NCBI GenBank assembly: GCA_964057225.1
Contig: OZ059900.1
Coordinates: 5,580,001-5,644,000 of the forward strand
DNA from: Auanema rhodensis
Lineage: Eukaryota > Animalia > Nematoda
DNA length: 64,000 nt
Reading direction: 5' to 3'
The position numbers and the translations under genes were made by a program. This document shows, one piece after another, positions 42,547 to 55,860 of the stretch. Each line of letters opens with the position of its first letter. The first letter of the stretch is position 1. The notes under the pieces were generated by a model, which was given only the letters and a program-made list of their open reading frames with translations, did not search any database and was not told the origin of the DNA.

Positions 42547-43425
42547 CAGAGCTGGTACCCTAATCTAACGAATCAATCGCTGTAAATTCACAACTCGTTT
42601 CACAAGTCTCCACATTATCTTTGGTACATTCTACTATCTGTTTAAACTTTTTTTTTCATTTTCCGGTTATCAATATTTTATTATAAATATATTTATCTGT
42701 ATGAAGTTTTCATACAATAATATATATAATTATATATAATTATATCTTTTTCTGAACCCTATAAAGGAATTTTGTGAAAAATGAATAAAAAGTTAAATAG
42801 ATAATTTTTTTAATCTTCCACATGACTTAAAATTAGCATTAATTTGTTTCACAGTTTTAATTTTAAAAAAAACTTGAAAAAATAAAAATTGAATTTCGTT
42901 GAAAGTTTATTACTCTGGCGAACATAGTCAACATACATTTACGGATTTTGGACTTTCAATAAAGTGGAAATAAATAAACGGATTCCTTTGTTTCTGGCTA
43001 TTGAAAGATAATTTATTTATCTCATTGAAATTTAATACCAGACGAAAATGTATAGTAGAAGTTATCAGAATATGATAGGTGATCATTATGAATGATAAGA
43101 CATATAATCACTTTAGAGAAAAGAATATCAAACAAAAAGAAGACATCACACAAAATAAAGTACTATTATAATATATTGAACTAAAAAACCAATTTGAAAC
43201 TACAATTAAGATGATTTCACTTGTAAATTAAGAAAACTGAATTGCACAAACAGAAGATATTTAGAGGAATAAAGGTAGACAATGTCATTAGGAAATAGAC
43301 TAATAAAAAGCAGGAATGAAAGTTGAAACGGTAACAAAATTTGCTAAAACATCTTAATGATATATGTAGATTATTCATTTTTCAAGGTAATAAAACATAA
43401 AAATCATCTACGATTGAAAATCTTT

Positions 43426-44446
43426 CTATAGAGCGATTCTTGCTGACAGGAATGAGAAGAAAACGGATAATTCTGAAAAAAAAATATTTGAGAACAAGAA
43501 CGAAACACTGTACGCATTTCTTACGTCTCTAAACTGGGCAACAAGATCAATTACATATACTAAAGCTAGTAGAAGGGAAACCATCTTAAACATATGAGAC
43601 GTTAATTTAAAAACATTAAAGTATATCGTGCTTACCACAGATGCAGTAATTTGTCCTTGCACATGATATACACTCCCAAGTCGTTCATTTACCTGAAGAT
43701 TAACATTTATTTCATTAAAAAGAGAAACTGAACTTTTTCTTCTTTGACATTAACCGCCATCCAAGTTCCTATAATTCCGGTTAATATCATGAGCACGATT
43801 CCAGTTTGAGCATATAATTTTTCCTGATAATAACAAATATATGCAAGAATCGTATAATGATTAGAAATTATTGGATATATTAGTAAACATACAAAGGTCA
43901 GTAGTGTTTTCACAAATGCTCGATGCCCGTTCAAGCAATACATTACCAACAGCATAATACACAAAAATGATAAAGCTGAGCAGATAACCAGCATCATGAC
44001 CTACAATTATGTTCAAATATAAATTAAACTAGGAAAAAACGTTCTAAGACATCGTTTTTATAGTTTTGCTCTTAATATAATTGTCATCATAATCATTCAT
44101 ACCTGTCCTAGTATAATATCATCAAAAGTGTTCATAAAGAAAACACAGTTTTCTTTACTACATGCCATTAGAACAAGATAAAGTAAAAGAAGGAGTAAAA
44201 ACTGAAAAGTAAAGCAATTACCAAAAGATCATTAAGAATAAGAACTCAAAAATGAAACTTACCCATTCTAAAACACGAACAATTCCCATTGCGTAGCATA
44301 TGATACCAGGTGTACATTTTATCCGCTGTTTTTCCATTATCTGAACTATTCTAATTAGTTTCAAATAATTTTATACTTACTCCTAGCTCATGGTCATCCA
44401 ATTCGGCTATACCGCCACAAACATCAATTTCAAAAGAACAAAACAT
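43426..44446 (-). CDS. Four-transmembrane MARVEL-like membrane protein
   Basis: Spliced ...AMGIVRVLEW|FLLLLLYLVLMAC...GQ|VMMLVICSALSFLCIMLLVMYCLN...|EKLYAQTGIVLMILTGIIGTWMAV...|...|MVSLLLALVYVIDLV: four hydrophobic helices with MARVEL-like G.LR.LE start and Y..D end. Confidence 0.7.
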
Positions 44447-46571
44447 TCTAATAACTTGAAGTAAACTGTCTTCTCAGAAACCTGAAATTGAAACAAAATC
44501 AAACTTGAGGAAATACTCTTAACAGAACGAAGGACAAAACAAGATGATAGAGTGGAGACGTTAACTAAGGCCTTTCCTTATCTTCGATACGTCGCAGTCA
44601 CGATAACAGCGTATAATACAATTTACATCATGTCCAACCTTATGTACTTCTTGTTAGCTTTTATACACAGGTATTGAGACTATTAGTTTTGATAAGAGCT
44701 TATCAACGATTTGTATCAAATAGTATATAAAAGTTAGCTCAGATAAAAGCTTATTTATTCAATTGTTCTTAATTTTTTTTATAGATAATTTCATCGAATT
44801 CGAAACCTGTTCCATAATATAAGTCAAAAAAAAGATATGACACAAGTTGGAAAAGGTTCATTTTTGAATAACTATATTGAAATATTCAAAAATCTCTTGA
44901 AATCAATAAACAATATTACGATTGGAAAAGATTTACGGATAACCATGCCCGATAAATAATGGGAATAAAAGGCATTCATCAAACATGGTTCATCGGATGA
45001 AGGAAAAATGGGATATTTAACCTGAACGATTGTATTCCCATGATTAAAAGATGCTCATAAAATGAATATCCAATAAAAAAATTGAAAATAGAACAGTTAA
45101 GGCTTAAGAAAAGAAAACAAGATAAATCAATATGTAAGGCAGATGTACAGAAGTGTAAATTCATGAAACAATACTTTATATATCCTACAACTCAACAATA
45201 GTCTCAAAACAATATGTGCCAAGCAGAATGAAACATTTATAAAAAAAGTATGTAACGTAGATACGAAAAAGCGGATAAAAAACAATATTAGTTTATGAAG
45301 ACTGAAAAAGTTAAGAATGCTGAAGTTGAAGTTGCATAAAAAAGTTTAATTATTAATAAGTTCTCTATATTATAATTTTATAAGAAAAAATAAGAAAATG
45401 AAGAATTACATTTTCAGTATTTTAACTGACCTTGAGAGCTTATTAAAAGAATATTGTCAATATCTAGTTTGACAACGATGCAACTGAAAAATTTATTCAC
45501 TCTTTCAGAAACTGATTGGCATTGTTATTCTCAACTCAATAGAGAAGCATCTTCCAAATTTGGAAAATTTAATAATATCAGATCTAAGTAATACCTGAAT
45601 CATATTAAAAACCAAGTATTTAAACTTTGAAACACAAAATTGGTGTTACATACGGCAAAAGACTTCTTTAGATTGAAAAATACAAAATTTATACGTTTAC
45701 TTCGATATAGAAGACATAAAAGTACTTTTTCTATTTTTGACGTTAAATTACAAAAACAAATATGCTCAAATATATGTTATATACACATATAAATATAGTA
45801 ATATGTAAAAAGGAGAGCAGCGCTAACAAATTTGAATTACGCTCGAAATTATAGATGCACTGATAGCTCTATCTATTGAGTCATATTCTGAGAATAGGAC
45901 ATAATTAAAAGTTTTTGAATCAACAAGTAATTTTTTTATATTTGTACGTACATTATTCTATAACAATAGACCAATCAGAAAAGGCGTATTAATATATTCT
46001 TAAATATTTGAAGAAAAAACGTTTTCCCCCAAAAGTATGAAATTGAATAATTTTTTTATTATCGAATAGTATCAATTATTGGCTTTTTAAAAGTTTGAAA
46101 AAACTCGGAAAAGAGCTGTAACTGAAAAAAATGTTTATCAGATTACACTAAATTTTCTTTTGATACTTATAGTTTGTTTTATTGTATATAACATCATGTT
46201 ATTATATTATTCACTGTGAGATTTTTTTACTATTCAGCATTCTTCAGATGTTTTTCTACTTTCTTAGAACGAACACATAATCTTTTAAATTAATGAAATG
46301 AAGCTACCAGTATGCTATATGTTATTCCCTTAACTATTGTATTTAGTTAATTAATAAATATAACAGAATAATAAATGAAAATAAACGAAACTATTTTATG
46401 TCGTCAGAATATCAAAAACCAACAAATCAGCATTAGAATCTCGCATAATCATAAAACTGAAGCATAATGATTCAATAAATACGTTAATAAGTCTTTCTTT
46501 TAATTTTTGATAGCTTTGTAAAAACTTTTCAAGTAGTTCATATAGCAAACAAGTTCGTGCAAATTGAAATC

Positions 46572-47838
46572 TTAAATTTTTTGTTTTGTATAGATGACCC
46601 GTGTATGTTCAAGATAGCCAGATTTTGGATGCGTTGCTGTTCTCATCTCAATAACTTGTTCCATGTATCGGTCATCGTGACGAACAAAAGTGCGACGAAG
46701 CTGAAATATTTTATGATGTGAATATCAGAATGAAAACTCAAAAAAATAAGTTTTAAAACATTACATCTTCTACTGGCAAATCTCGAGAAAACGAAATTCT
46801 TCCAATATCTTTTAAAGTTAAAACGAGCTTATTAGGTGACACATGTCCTACTTCATAAGTTGTGAATCCTGTAATATTTTATCAATAATAATCAAAAACA
46901 GAAACTTTTATAAACCATTGTTTCCTGCAGTCATAAGAGTAGCATTTCCAACAGTATCGACCGTCAAGAATCCCCATTCATCGTGAAAATGATCTTTGGT
47001 AGAATGAGACCAAGCTCTTGCGCTGAAATTTTATTGATGGTTAATTATTTTTATTAATTCATGTACATAAAGTATTAATTTTGGAAAAAGTAGATGCCAC
47101 TTTGCTTTCTCATAATAGCAATATGTTTGTATTAATGACATTAAGAAAACTATCAAATACTTACTACAAAAAGAATATTCAAAATCTGACTTATTGAGAC
47201 TATGTGCTTAATTAGTAGTCTGAACTAACTTCATAAACCGGTTGTTAGTTACACTTGCTTTCGATTTTTGGAGTGGTTAAGACATTCTATAGCAATCGAC
47301 ATAAGATAACAAGACAGTAAAAGTAGTGAGAATAAAATAGTATCAATTATGGGCTTCTTGTCACCGTCAAACAATATTGAATATCACTAAACCTTGCCAA
47401 GAAAATTTTGATTTTCTCTTTAATTGTTTGTTTGAAATATCTTGCGCTAATGTTAGAAAATGAAACCAGAAAATTATTTCTTCAAGAAAAAAATGGAAAA
47501 AATAAAACTCACGAAAAATTTAAAAATTGGGTGTTAGCAGATTTTGCCATTGGTGCTTCATTAATAATTAGTTCTTCACCAAAAGTCATAGTTGGAACTG
47601 TTGGCCAAAATACCTAAAACATAAAATATTCATTATTACAACAATAAAAATATTTCAATTGTTAACTTTCATTTTAATAAGCTAATATTCAAAAAAATTT
47701 TACCTTTCCGGAGAATTCTGACCTCCATTTTCCTACCATCCATTCTATCTTTCGATTATTTTCAGTTAGCTCCTGGAAGGTTAAAGGTGCACAAATGGCT
47801 AGCAGCAGAAGAACATGCGGAATAACCGCCTTGTTCAT
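46572..47838 (-). CDS. Nitrobindin/THAP4-like heme-binding beta-barrel (DUF1794) with N-terminal signal peptide
   Basis: 5 exons: MNKAVIPHVLLLLAICAPLTFQ...WMVGKWRSEFSGK|VFWPTVPTMTFGEEL...FLNFS|ARAWSHSTKDHFHDEWGFL...NNG|FTTYEVG...IGRISFSRDLPVED|LRRTF...MRTATHPKSGYLEHTRVIYTKQKI*. The WxxGxW, HxExGF and C-terminal His motifs fit the family. Confidence 0.88.
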
Positions 47839-48202
47839 TGTAGATGGGACAGTGAAAAGATGGTAGATTGTGTGTATGTGAGTGCGCGTGTATGAATGAC
47901 AGACAGGTCACACACATTCACAACATTCAATCATGAGAAAAGGAGAGAAAGAGATATAGATAAATAGTAAGAAATAAAAAGAGAGGATGAACGAAGACGG
48001 AACAGAATGTAGAGATTCGCATAGTGCTGAACACTCCCTGACAGTCAGCAATCCTTTTTAATACTAAAAAGAGAAAAAAAAAGAAAGAAAGAAAAATGAT
48101 GATATAGAGCGGAAACTAACAATAAAAATCAGAGAGAGAAACAGAGAAAGAAACAAAGAGAAAAGAAGAAACAAAATGCTTGAAGTAGAAGATATTAAAT
48201 GA

Positions 48203-48330
48203 AACCGGTTGAGCCAAAAGAGATCGTGAACTGGCTATTTTAAGTCACTTTAACCGGCTTCAGTTTCGAGATCAGGCTGCATCTGGAATGACAGGTCGGC
48301 TTAGTTCAACATGATGCATAGTCACCGGCT
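48203..48330. promoter_or_regulatory. Cluster of Grainyhead/CP2-type sites upstream of the nitrobindin-like gene
   Basis: AACCGGTT 48203, AACTGGCT 48229, AACCGGCT 48252, ATCAGGCT 48271, GACAGGTC 48290, CACCGGCT 48323, all in one GC-enriched patch. Confidence 0.5.
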
Positions 48331-51300
48331 TGTTTAAAACAAGTAAATAAAAATTAATAAGATAATATTGAAAAAGTTATTATTAAAAGTACAAAATTCT
48401 AAGAATATATTGTCTCACAATATCAATTAAAATATTAATATTATATATATATATATATATATAAATATATGAAAATGCACAATATTAAAATTTTGAACTT
48501 TTGAACGTTTCAAAATAAAAAAATTAAGAAAATTATATGTTTTCGAAGATCTAAAATCTGTTTATTGATGATTACTTAATAGTTCAAATCTATTTCTGGA
48601 AAAAAAAATTTTTTTGTCACCAAAAAGCGAAGAAAAAAGTATATTATTGTACAAAATTGTTACTTTGCTGCTGAATAGAAAGAAAAACCGATACATTCAT
48701 AACTGTGATGAGTTTTAGTTTTATTACGTTATTCTACTTCAATTTTAAAATTTTAGAAACAGTGATGTTATATAAAAAGGAAAGTTTACAAGAAGAGTTT
48801 TTCTCTACAGGATTTTGCCGAATAAATTTGTTTATATAAGTAGATAGTAAATAATTTTTTTTAATTAAGAAAAGATTTCTAAAAGTCTAGAGCATGATGT
48901 AAGACTATCTACAATGTATATCACATCTTTTTTAGAAATAAACACTGACGGCATCTGAAAATCATTATTTCATCTAACTACGATATAACAGCTTTTCCCA
49001 TTCAAAATTTATTTTTATCGAAAAATATGTGAAAAATTAGACCACACATGCTAATACGTTTTATGTTTGTTTCGTTGTTATATAATACAATAAACTTCCG
49101 TTTGTTCTTGCCAGTAAGATGTCTTTCTAAACCAGTAGTCCAGATGTCTTCTATATTTTGATTCATGACGTCATTAGTTAGACAAGTTATAAGCTAAATG
49201 TATAATATTACAAACTGCTAAATTGGTTTCACATTCATTTTTCCGGAAACAAAATGAAATCATCATCTGATCAACTGTAATAACAACTATTTACAATTCC
49301 CTTATTCATTATTACTAATATTTTCAGTCTTCCGATCATACTTACAATCAAATTTTACATATTTTTTGTGTAACCCCTATCACCATTTCAAAAGCTCCGG
49401 CTGTTTCGAAGCATTCTGTCGAGTCATCGATAATTATAGTTTGTATATTGTGATGACCAAAGACATATACTGGACTTCCATGAAATTGTTGATAATGATT
49501 TGACAACCCACATTAATCCTCCTATCTCTCAATTTTTTACTGTCTTTCACCCAGATACTTTCTGTCTTTCTTCCCTAATTCTCATCATTCTCTTTACTTT
49601 TCGTTTATTTTTATTCCTTTAATTTCTTCTTCATCATCGTTTTTCTGTTATTGGATATACGGGACAAGGCGTTGGCTAATCAAAAATCACACCACATCCC
49701 CCCTTCTCCATCTTCTTTTCTGACAGTTTTTATATCTTTCTGCCAGTCTTTTCTATCTCTATCACTATATCATATTATATAACTGCCTTCTATTACTTTT
49801 GAGTAGTAATCATTTTATTCAAAAGCAGTATATTAGCTATTTTCCTGAAAATTTTTCTAGAAATTTATCAAAATTTTAAAGCAATATGAAACCTAAACAT
49901 CATGAAACCATACATTTTCAAACTTCCACTACTTTATTTTGCCGAAATGCAACTGTAAAAATTTGGCTTGTGGTTGGTAACAGGCTTGAGTTCACATTAC
50001 GGCAACGAAAACGACGATCACTAATATGTAGACATGTGTCTTAAGGTGTGGTCAAAAAAAGGCGTCGCATCCATTATTCACTTTTTATCTTTCTTATTCT
50101 TCTTCTTTCCCTCTCTCGTTCTCTCGTGTTACCTTTTTGAAATAAATCTCTTTGTCTCTATAATTTGTTCCTTTTCGTACTTATAATTACTTTTTCCATC
50201 GACCCAACCCTGTATTTTAAGTTTAAAAGTTGTATTGATATACAAAAGGATTTATAATAACTACAGAGGAAACAATACAAATAATATAAATAAATTAAAA
50301 CGTCATCAATTTAAATGCGATTTGGTAATGAAACTTAATCATAGAGAGCAAATAACTTTGAGAAAAAAGATGTTCCAATTAAAATTCCATCATAAATTAC
50401 ACGATTTGCGCACTTCCATAAACTTTTTTGATTTCCTAACTAACAAAAATAAAAACTTTTATGACACTATTGTCGTTTGATAATGGAATCAATTAAGTAA
50501 AGTACGTTTTCTGAGAAATTTATTTTAAGAGCTTAATCTTTAATGTTTCTAAAATGAAATGAGAAAAAAAACTTGATTTCTTTTATATTTCTATATAGGC
50601 TACAGTATCCCAGATAGCGACATCAAAAACTACACCACTTACATTGAACACTAATATGAAAAATTGAAAATGATACCAAAATAAGATTAAAAAATGAAGC
50701 ATTCTTGCTTTTTTCAGGGAGGGGTTTGATTATTCCCTTTAGCTTCATAAGATATATTTATATATTATATCAATATGTCTTGTCTTAAATAACATAATAA
50801 AGTATTAAAAGTAATATATAATAATGAGTATGTCATACTCTAAATTTTAAAAAAATATGTTTCACAATTCTGAATTATTAGAGTTCTAGATGAATAAGAT
50901 ACTAAATAGCTCAGATTTTTAAACAGTGAAATAGATGACAATAATCAAATCAATGACATGATGACATGATGACACAAGTATACGGTATTTTACATTTTTT
51001 TTATCATATCTTCGACATTTCATCCTAACATCGTAATGTAACCTCTTATAATCTTATCTGTTTTCAACTGTCAATTTTCACATTTTTTTCATATTAATAT
51101 TTATATTTAATAGCCTATACGTTGTATTTAATGTATTAGTTACAATACACTTTAATAGAAAATAGTATTAACTTAAATATGCTTTTCAGCCTGTTTAGTT
51201 TATCAGTTTTATGTTTAGGATGTACGTCTTTTTCATATGTTCCATATTTCTGATTAGCGCGAAATCGTCAATGACAGCTGATCAAAGATTGAATATCGCA

Positions 51301-53169
51301 CTACACAGGCTCACTGTTTCTTTTCTTCATCGTGTAGAGAATCGTATTTGGCCAATAAATTAACTAAAAAATAGCCTGCGTATGAATTCTAGATATAAAA
51401 AATACTCTCTCACCCTGTTTAGCGTGAAGCTGATTTTGAGAAAATTTTGACATAAAGTGGTGACATCAGGTGACGATGATAAGAATGGCGGGCTAACTTG
51501 TATTTCCAGCCAGTCAAAGTTACGATGACGTTATCATATTTATGACAATTTGTCTCGCTCTATTAAATGGGCTTTCTCCATTTTTTGCTCGTAAAATTCA
51601 AAGTCAAAAACTACAACGTTTGGTGTTTGTATCGTACTCCACCCAATTCCCCTTTCCTCTCAGTTTGATACAGTGTTTTATCTACTCATCTTCTTATCTG
51701 TATAGTTCATTTTCCTCTCTTCATTTTATATTCTCTCTTTCCTTTTTCCCTATTTATCTATTTCTCTATTGTTTCCTCTGTTTTTCTCGCAAGCATAGAT
51801 CTTCATGCGGTCTTTGTCAATTTCCAGGAATGTTCATTTCTCTTTCCCTTAACTAGTACTAATGATCGTTTACTCAGAATAGCTGTAATCAATGTAAGTC
51901 AACGGTCAAATTGATCAATTTTATGATCAAATTTAAAATATTTGATATGTTATATCCGTTAAATTGTTTTCATCTAAATATCATCGAGTCTTTTTTTTTG
52001 TTTGATTCCTTGACAATATCATTTTTTTTAAAATACAAATAAAAAAGCTCTTGGATTTTTTATTTCAACTCTTATATTAAAAAAATTTGTTTTTGCCACA
52101 CTGAACTAAACATGTTAATTTAGCTCGGCTACTTTTTTTAAATTTCAAACTATTAAGATCTCAAAGAAATCTTATTCTATTTATATAGAAACTAACTAAA
52201 TCTATCATTGTTCATTTCTAACAGAAAAAATAAGGGTTTTTCTAGTCTGATAAAATGTGCGCAATGTATGAATTGATTAGTCATCAAGTGTGATCAGAAC
52301 AAAAACATTTTGTTCTTTGAACACTCTATGTAACTTGAAATATTATGGCCATGAGCTATTGTTTTTTTTATCATTTAGGATTACATATTTTATTTAAATT
52401 ATTCATTTTTTATCGTTTCAATGACAAAGTTATAGCTTGTTATCATACGTATTTTTCTAACTAACCTATGTTTGTTAATCAACTCATTTATGTTTATTCT
52501 CAGAGTATGCATATACATATTGAATGGTGGTGTTTTTAAATTCGTTAATCAACTGGAAACAAATCACTGGTCTACAATGTGAATGTGATTATCAAATTTA
52601 TTTTTCCCTTTCCTCGAATAATTATAATACAATGATAAGTAAACTTTCAATTCAAGAATAAAAAAGTAAAATTTATTAAATAAAATTCTTTTAATTTAAG
52701 CTGAAAATTTAAGCAACAAAGAATATATTCAAGTGAATTTTCTTGCATTTTTTGGAACAGCTTTTACTGCTTATTATCATTGATTCTCGATTGGATAGCA
52801 AGCTAAACCACAAAACCATTTCATATTCTAACTTGTTTGATGAGGTTTAACATGTCTTTAATGGCAATACTTGACAAAATTGTCTTAAAGCGTTAACGAC
52901 AATATCTCAAGACACTTTACTCTATTTTATTCTTTGGTTTTACAAAATGTTTTCAGTTTTAAATATTAATTAATGAAAAGTTTTGAAGTTTTAATATTTC
53001 GTTTATTATAGAAATTTCACCAAACATTCCGAAAAGCCTGCGGAAAGCATTTTAAGTTTGATTCTTTGCATAATTTGCTCAAAAAAATAAGCTACTGACG
53101 ACAAAATGTGAAGGTTATACATCTATGTATTTAACGAGAACTAGAGCTATGTAATACAACTAGAAGCTC

Positions 53170-55860
53170 ACATGTCCCCTGCTCGCCCTTTCGATTCTTT
53201 CCATCTTGTCTGCTTCTTGCACTAGTGTCTAGTTATTGAATTCTGAAAAAGATAGACACGGGTCGGATTATGTCTGCTGGAATGCCTGGAGGCGTATATC
53301 TATAACGACAAAAAAACAAGACAGCGGGCACTAGAAAGATGGAACGATGGCAAGGAACAGCTATAGAGAAGAACTTCAAAAAGATAAAAAAATTGAAAAA
53401 GGGAGTGGGAAGGATGATTTGAGCTTAGTTCACGAGAGAATGAGAAATGAAACAAAACGTATTAAAAATGAGTAAAAGCAGCAAAGAAAAAGAAAAAAAC
53501 TTGGAATACCGCGAAAGCAATTGCAAAGCGCTCGGAAATGTTACAATATTTCAGAGTAAGCTGTGTTTGAATATAAAATGAGAAAGAAAATGAAGAGATG
53601 AGAGAAAAATAAAAAGATAAAAATAGATTTAGTTGAGATAAATAAATTAAGTATGTAGAAAATCACAATTTTTCGTATTATTCAAGTTTATAACATATTT
53701 GCTTATATATCATTATAATTTTATATTCCATATTCATATTATAGCTCTTAAGAAAGTCTGTTGCATGAAGAAGAGTAGGTGGAGCTAACAAAAACCTACC
53801 CACCTTCACACTAACATTTAACGCCTCTTTTCCTTTTTCACTGTTTGAATTCTCACACTCACCCGTCTTTATTTTTTTGCTTCCAATATTTTCGATATTG
53901 CACTTTCTTGCTTCATTCCGTTTTTTCATCTATTACAAAATTTTTTCATGATTATAATTTTTTTTTGTGATTTTCGATTTTTTTCAATTTCTTTATATAA
54001 ATTTTTTACTTTAACAAACTATAATATTTAAAATGTACTTGAACTCATTAGATTATCAAATGATTATCTTCATTTGTCTGCTCCAGTTAACAATATTAAA
54101 GTTCTTTATGCCATCATATGAAAGAATGATTTTTGAAACAAGCGAACTTTCAAACTTTTTTCTTTTATATGCTTTTGCTCTCTTCCGTATTCTTCTTCAG
54201 TACGAATTACAACGTATCATGATTTTCAGTGTAGCACTCAGTTTTTTAATCTCAATTATTGGTTTCTCGAGTTGTTCGTGGTATTCGCTATGTTCATGAC
54301 TTTAGCTGTTTGCTTTTTTAGAAGCTGAGTATTCTTTTTCGTTAAGTTATCTACTTGTCCCATGTCGTTCTATCAGTCCAAATGTGTACTTGCATCATGT
54401 CCTAGAGCGTATCATTTCTTTTAAACTCTCTTCCACTCTGTTAAAGCATTGAGTAGGAATTGTCTTCTCTTATTCGTCGTCTTTTCAATCTAGTCCATGC
54501 TCATCATTCATCAAAATGAGCATTGAACATGTAACATGCCCTATGCTTCTTCGTCGAATATGTGCGGGGTGCAGTATTGTTATAAAAACCAAGAAATAGT
54601 ATTGTACTATTTTGTCCTGGTTTTCTCTTGTTAGATATTGTAAAATGATTTTCTGAATGTCTAGACACTGTTGTGATCATTGACGTCAAAATATTATTTT
54701 GTAGTCTCGTCATAGAAAATTATAACAGTTTTGTTACTATTTATGCACCTCTCTCCCTTTACATATATATTTTTGACGTGATTATATTACTCAAACGTTT
54801 TACATGTGTCTTGTTACCGTATTCTTTGAAAAGTAACAAATTTTTTTGATTTTATCTAAGTCAACAAGAGATTTTACTTTCTTTTTTTAAATTTTAATGC
54901 TTTTCATTATCAGCAAATATAAGTTAATATGTATAAAATTATTTCATGAAATTGCTGTTTATTTTTTCATCAAAAACATGTTAATGTGAGTAAAAGGTAT
55001 TTTAGTTTCAATACCAAATTTATATAAATATTTTTTGCATCATTCGTCTTTTCATTTTTTTGTCATCACTAATAGGTTATCAATATATTATTTCTAAGAT
55101 TTCAGTCTACTCTTTTCTCTTTTTTTTCATGACATCTGATTTTCGTCATTCTGATCCTTTCAAACAAAAATTTTGAGTAAATGAGCTTGGTAAGCATATG
55201 TGTATGATTGCACTTTGATGCATTTCTTATGTCTTTCATGTCTATCTCATGTACTCTGTCATTCCAGCTTCTTCCTTTTTCGGTTGAGGCACTGGCACGG
55301 AACCGCTAGAGTATGCACTTTAGTCACGATCTGATATGTAGAAAGCTATTGAAGAGAAAAGGGAACAGAGTTGCATTTCTTTTTAATTTGACATGAGAAT
55401 TAGAGAACTAGAAAGAAAGATTGATAGAGTAAAGAGTTAACTCATACTTCTTATTCAGAAAATTTGGGTCATGATTTTTTCAAATGTTTCGAAATATTTC
55501 AATTTTTTTCAAGTATAAATCTTTGACTTGGCTCCGTTTGCTCAGTTTCAATAGGTTTTGTTTAATTTCTTTGTCACTCGTGAACTAAGCTCAAATCTTA
55601 ATATTTTCTTTCTCAGTGTTATTTATTATCATTATGAAGGTCTAAACTGAAGCTTTCATTTTCATCGTTAACACCTTCTCAAAAACTTTGCTACCCCCTC
55701 TCTTTTGTTCAATCTATGCCCATATTGTCCAGCTTATCTCTTTTCTTCATTTTTTGTATCTGCCCTTCTTCTCTTTCGTCATTTTTCTCGTTTTTCATCA
55801 GTTTTACGAACGAATGTTCCAAAAGCAATCATGTGTATCGTGTTTCCCAGGGGAACTGAT
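53170..55860. repeat. Large degenerate inverted repeat (arms about 53170-53570 and 55440-55860) with a perfect 21-bp core
   Basis: GATTTGAGCTTAGTTCACGAG (53416-53436) is the exact reverse complement of 55577-55597; collinear partial matches continue on both sides. Confidence 0.85.

Noticed and set aside
48290-48343. TCACCGG miR-35/36-family seed in a small hairpin
   Set aside because: Only about 10 bp pair; better explained as part of the Grainyhead-type cluster
53896-53918. TATTGCACTT miR-92/235-like start
   Set aside because: The 3' part diverges and there is no precursor-length stem
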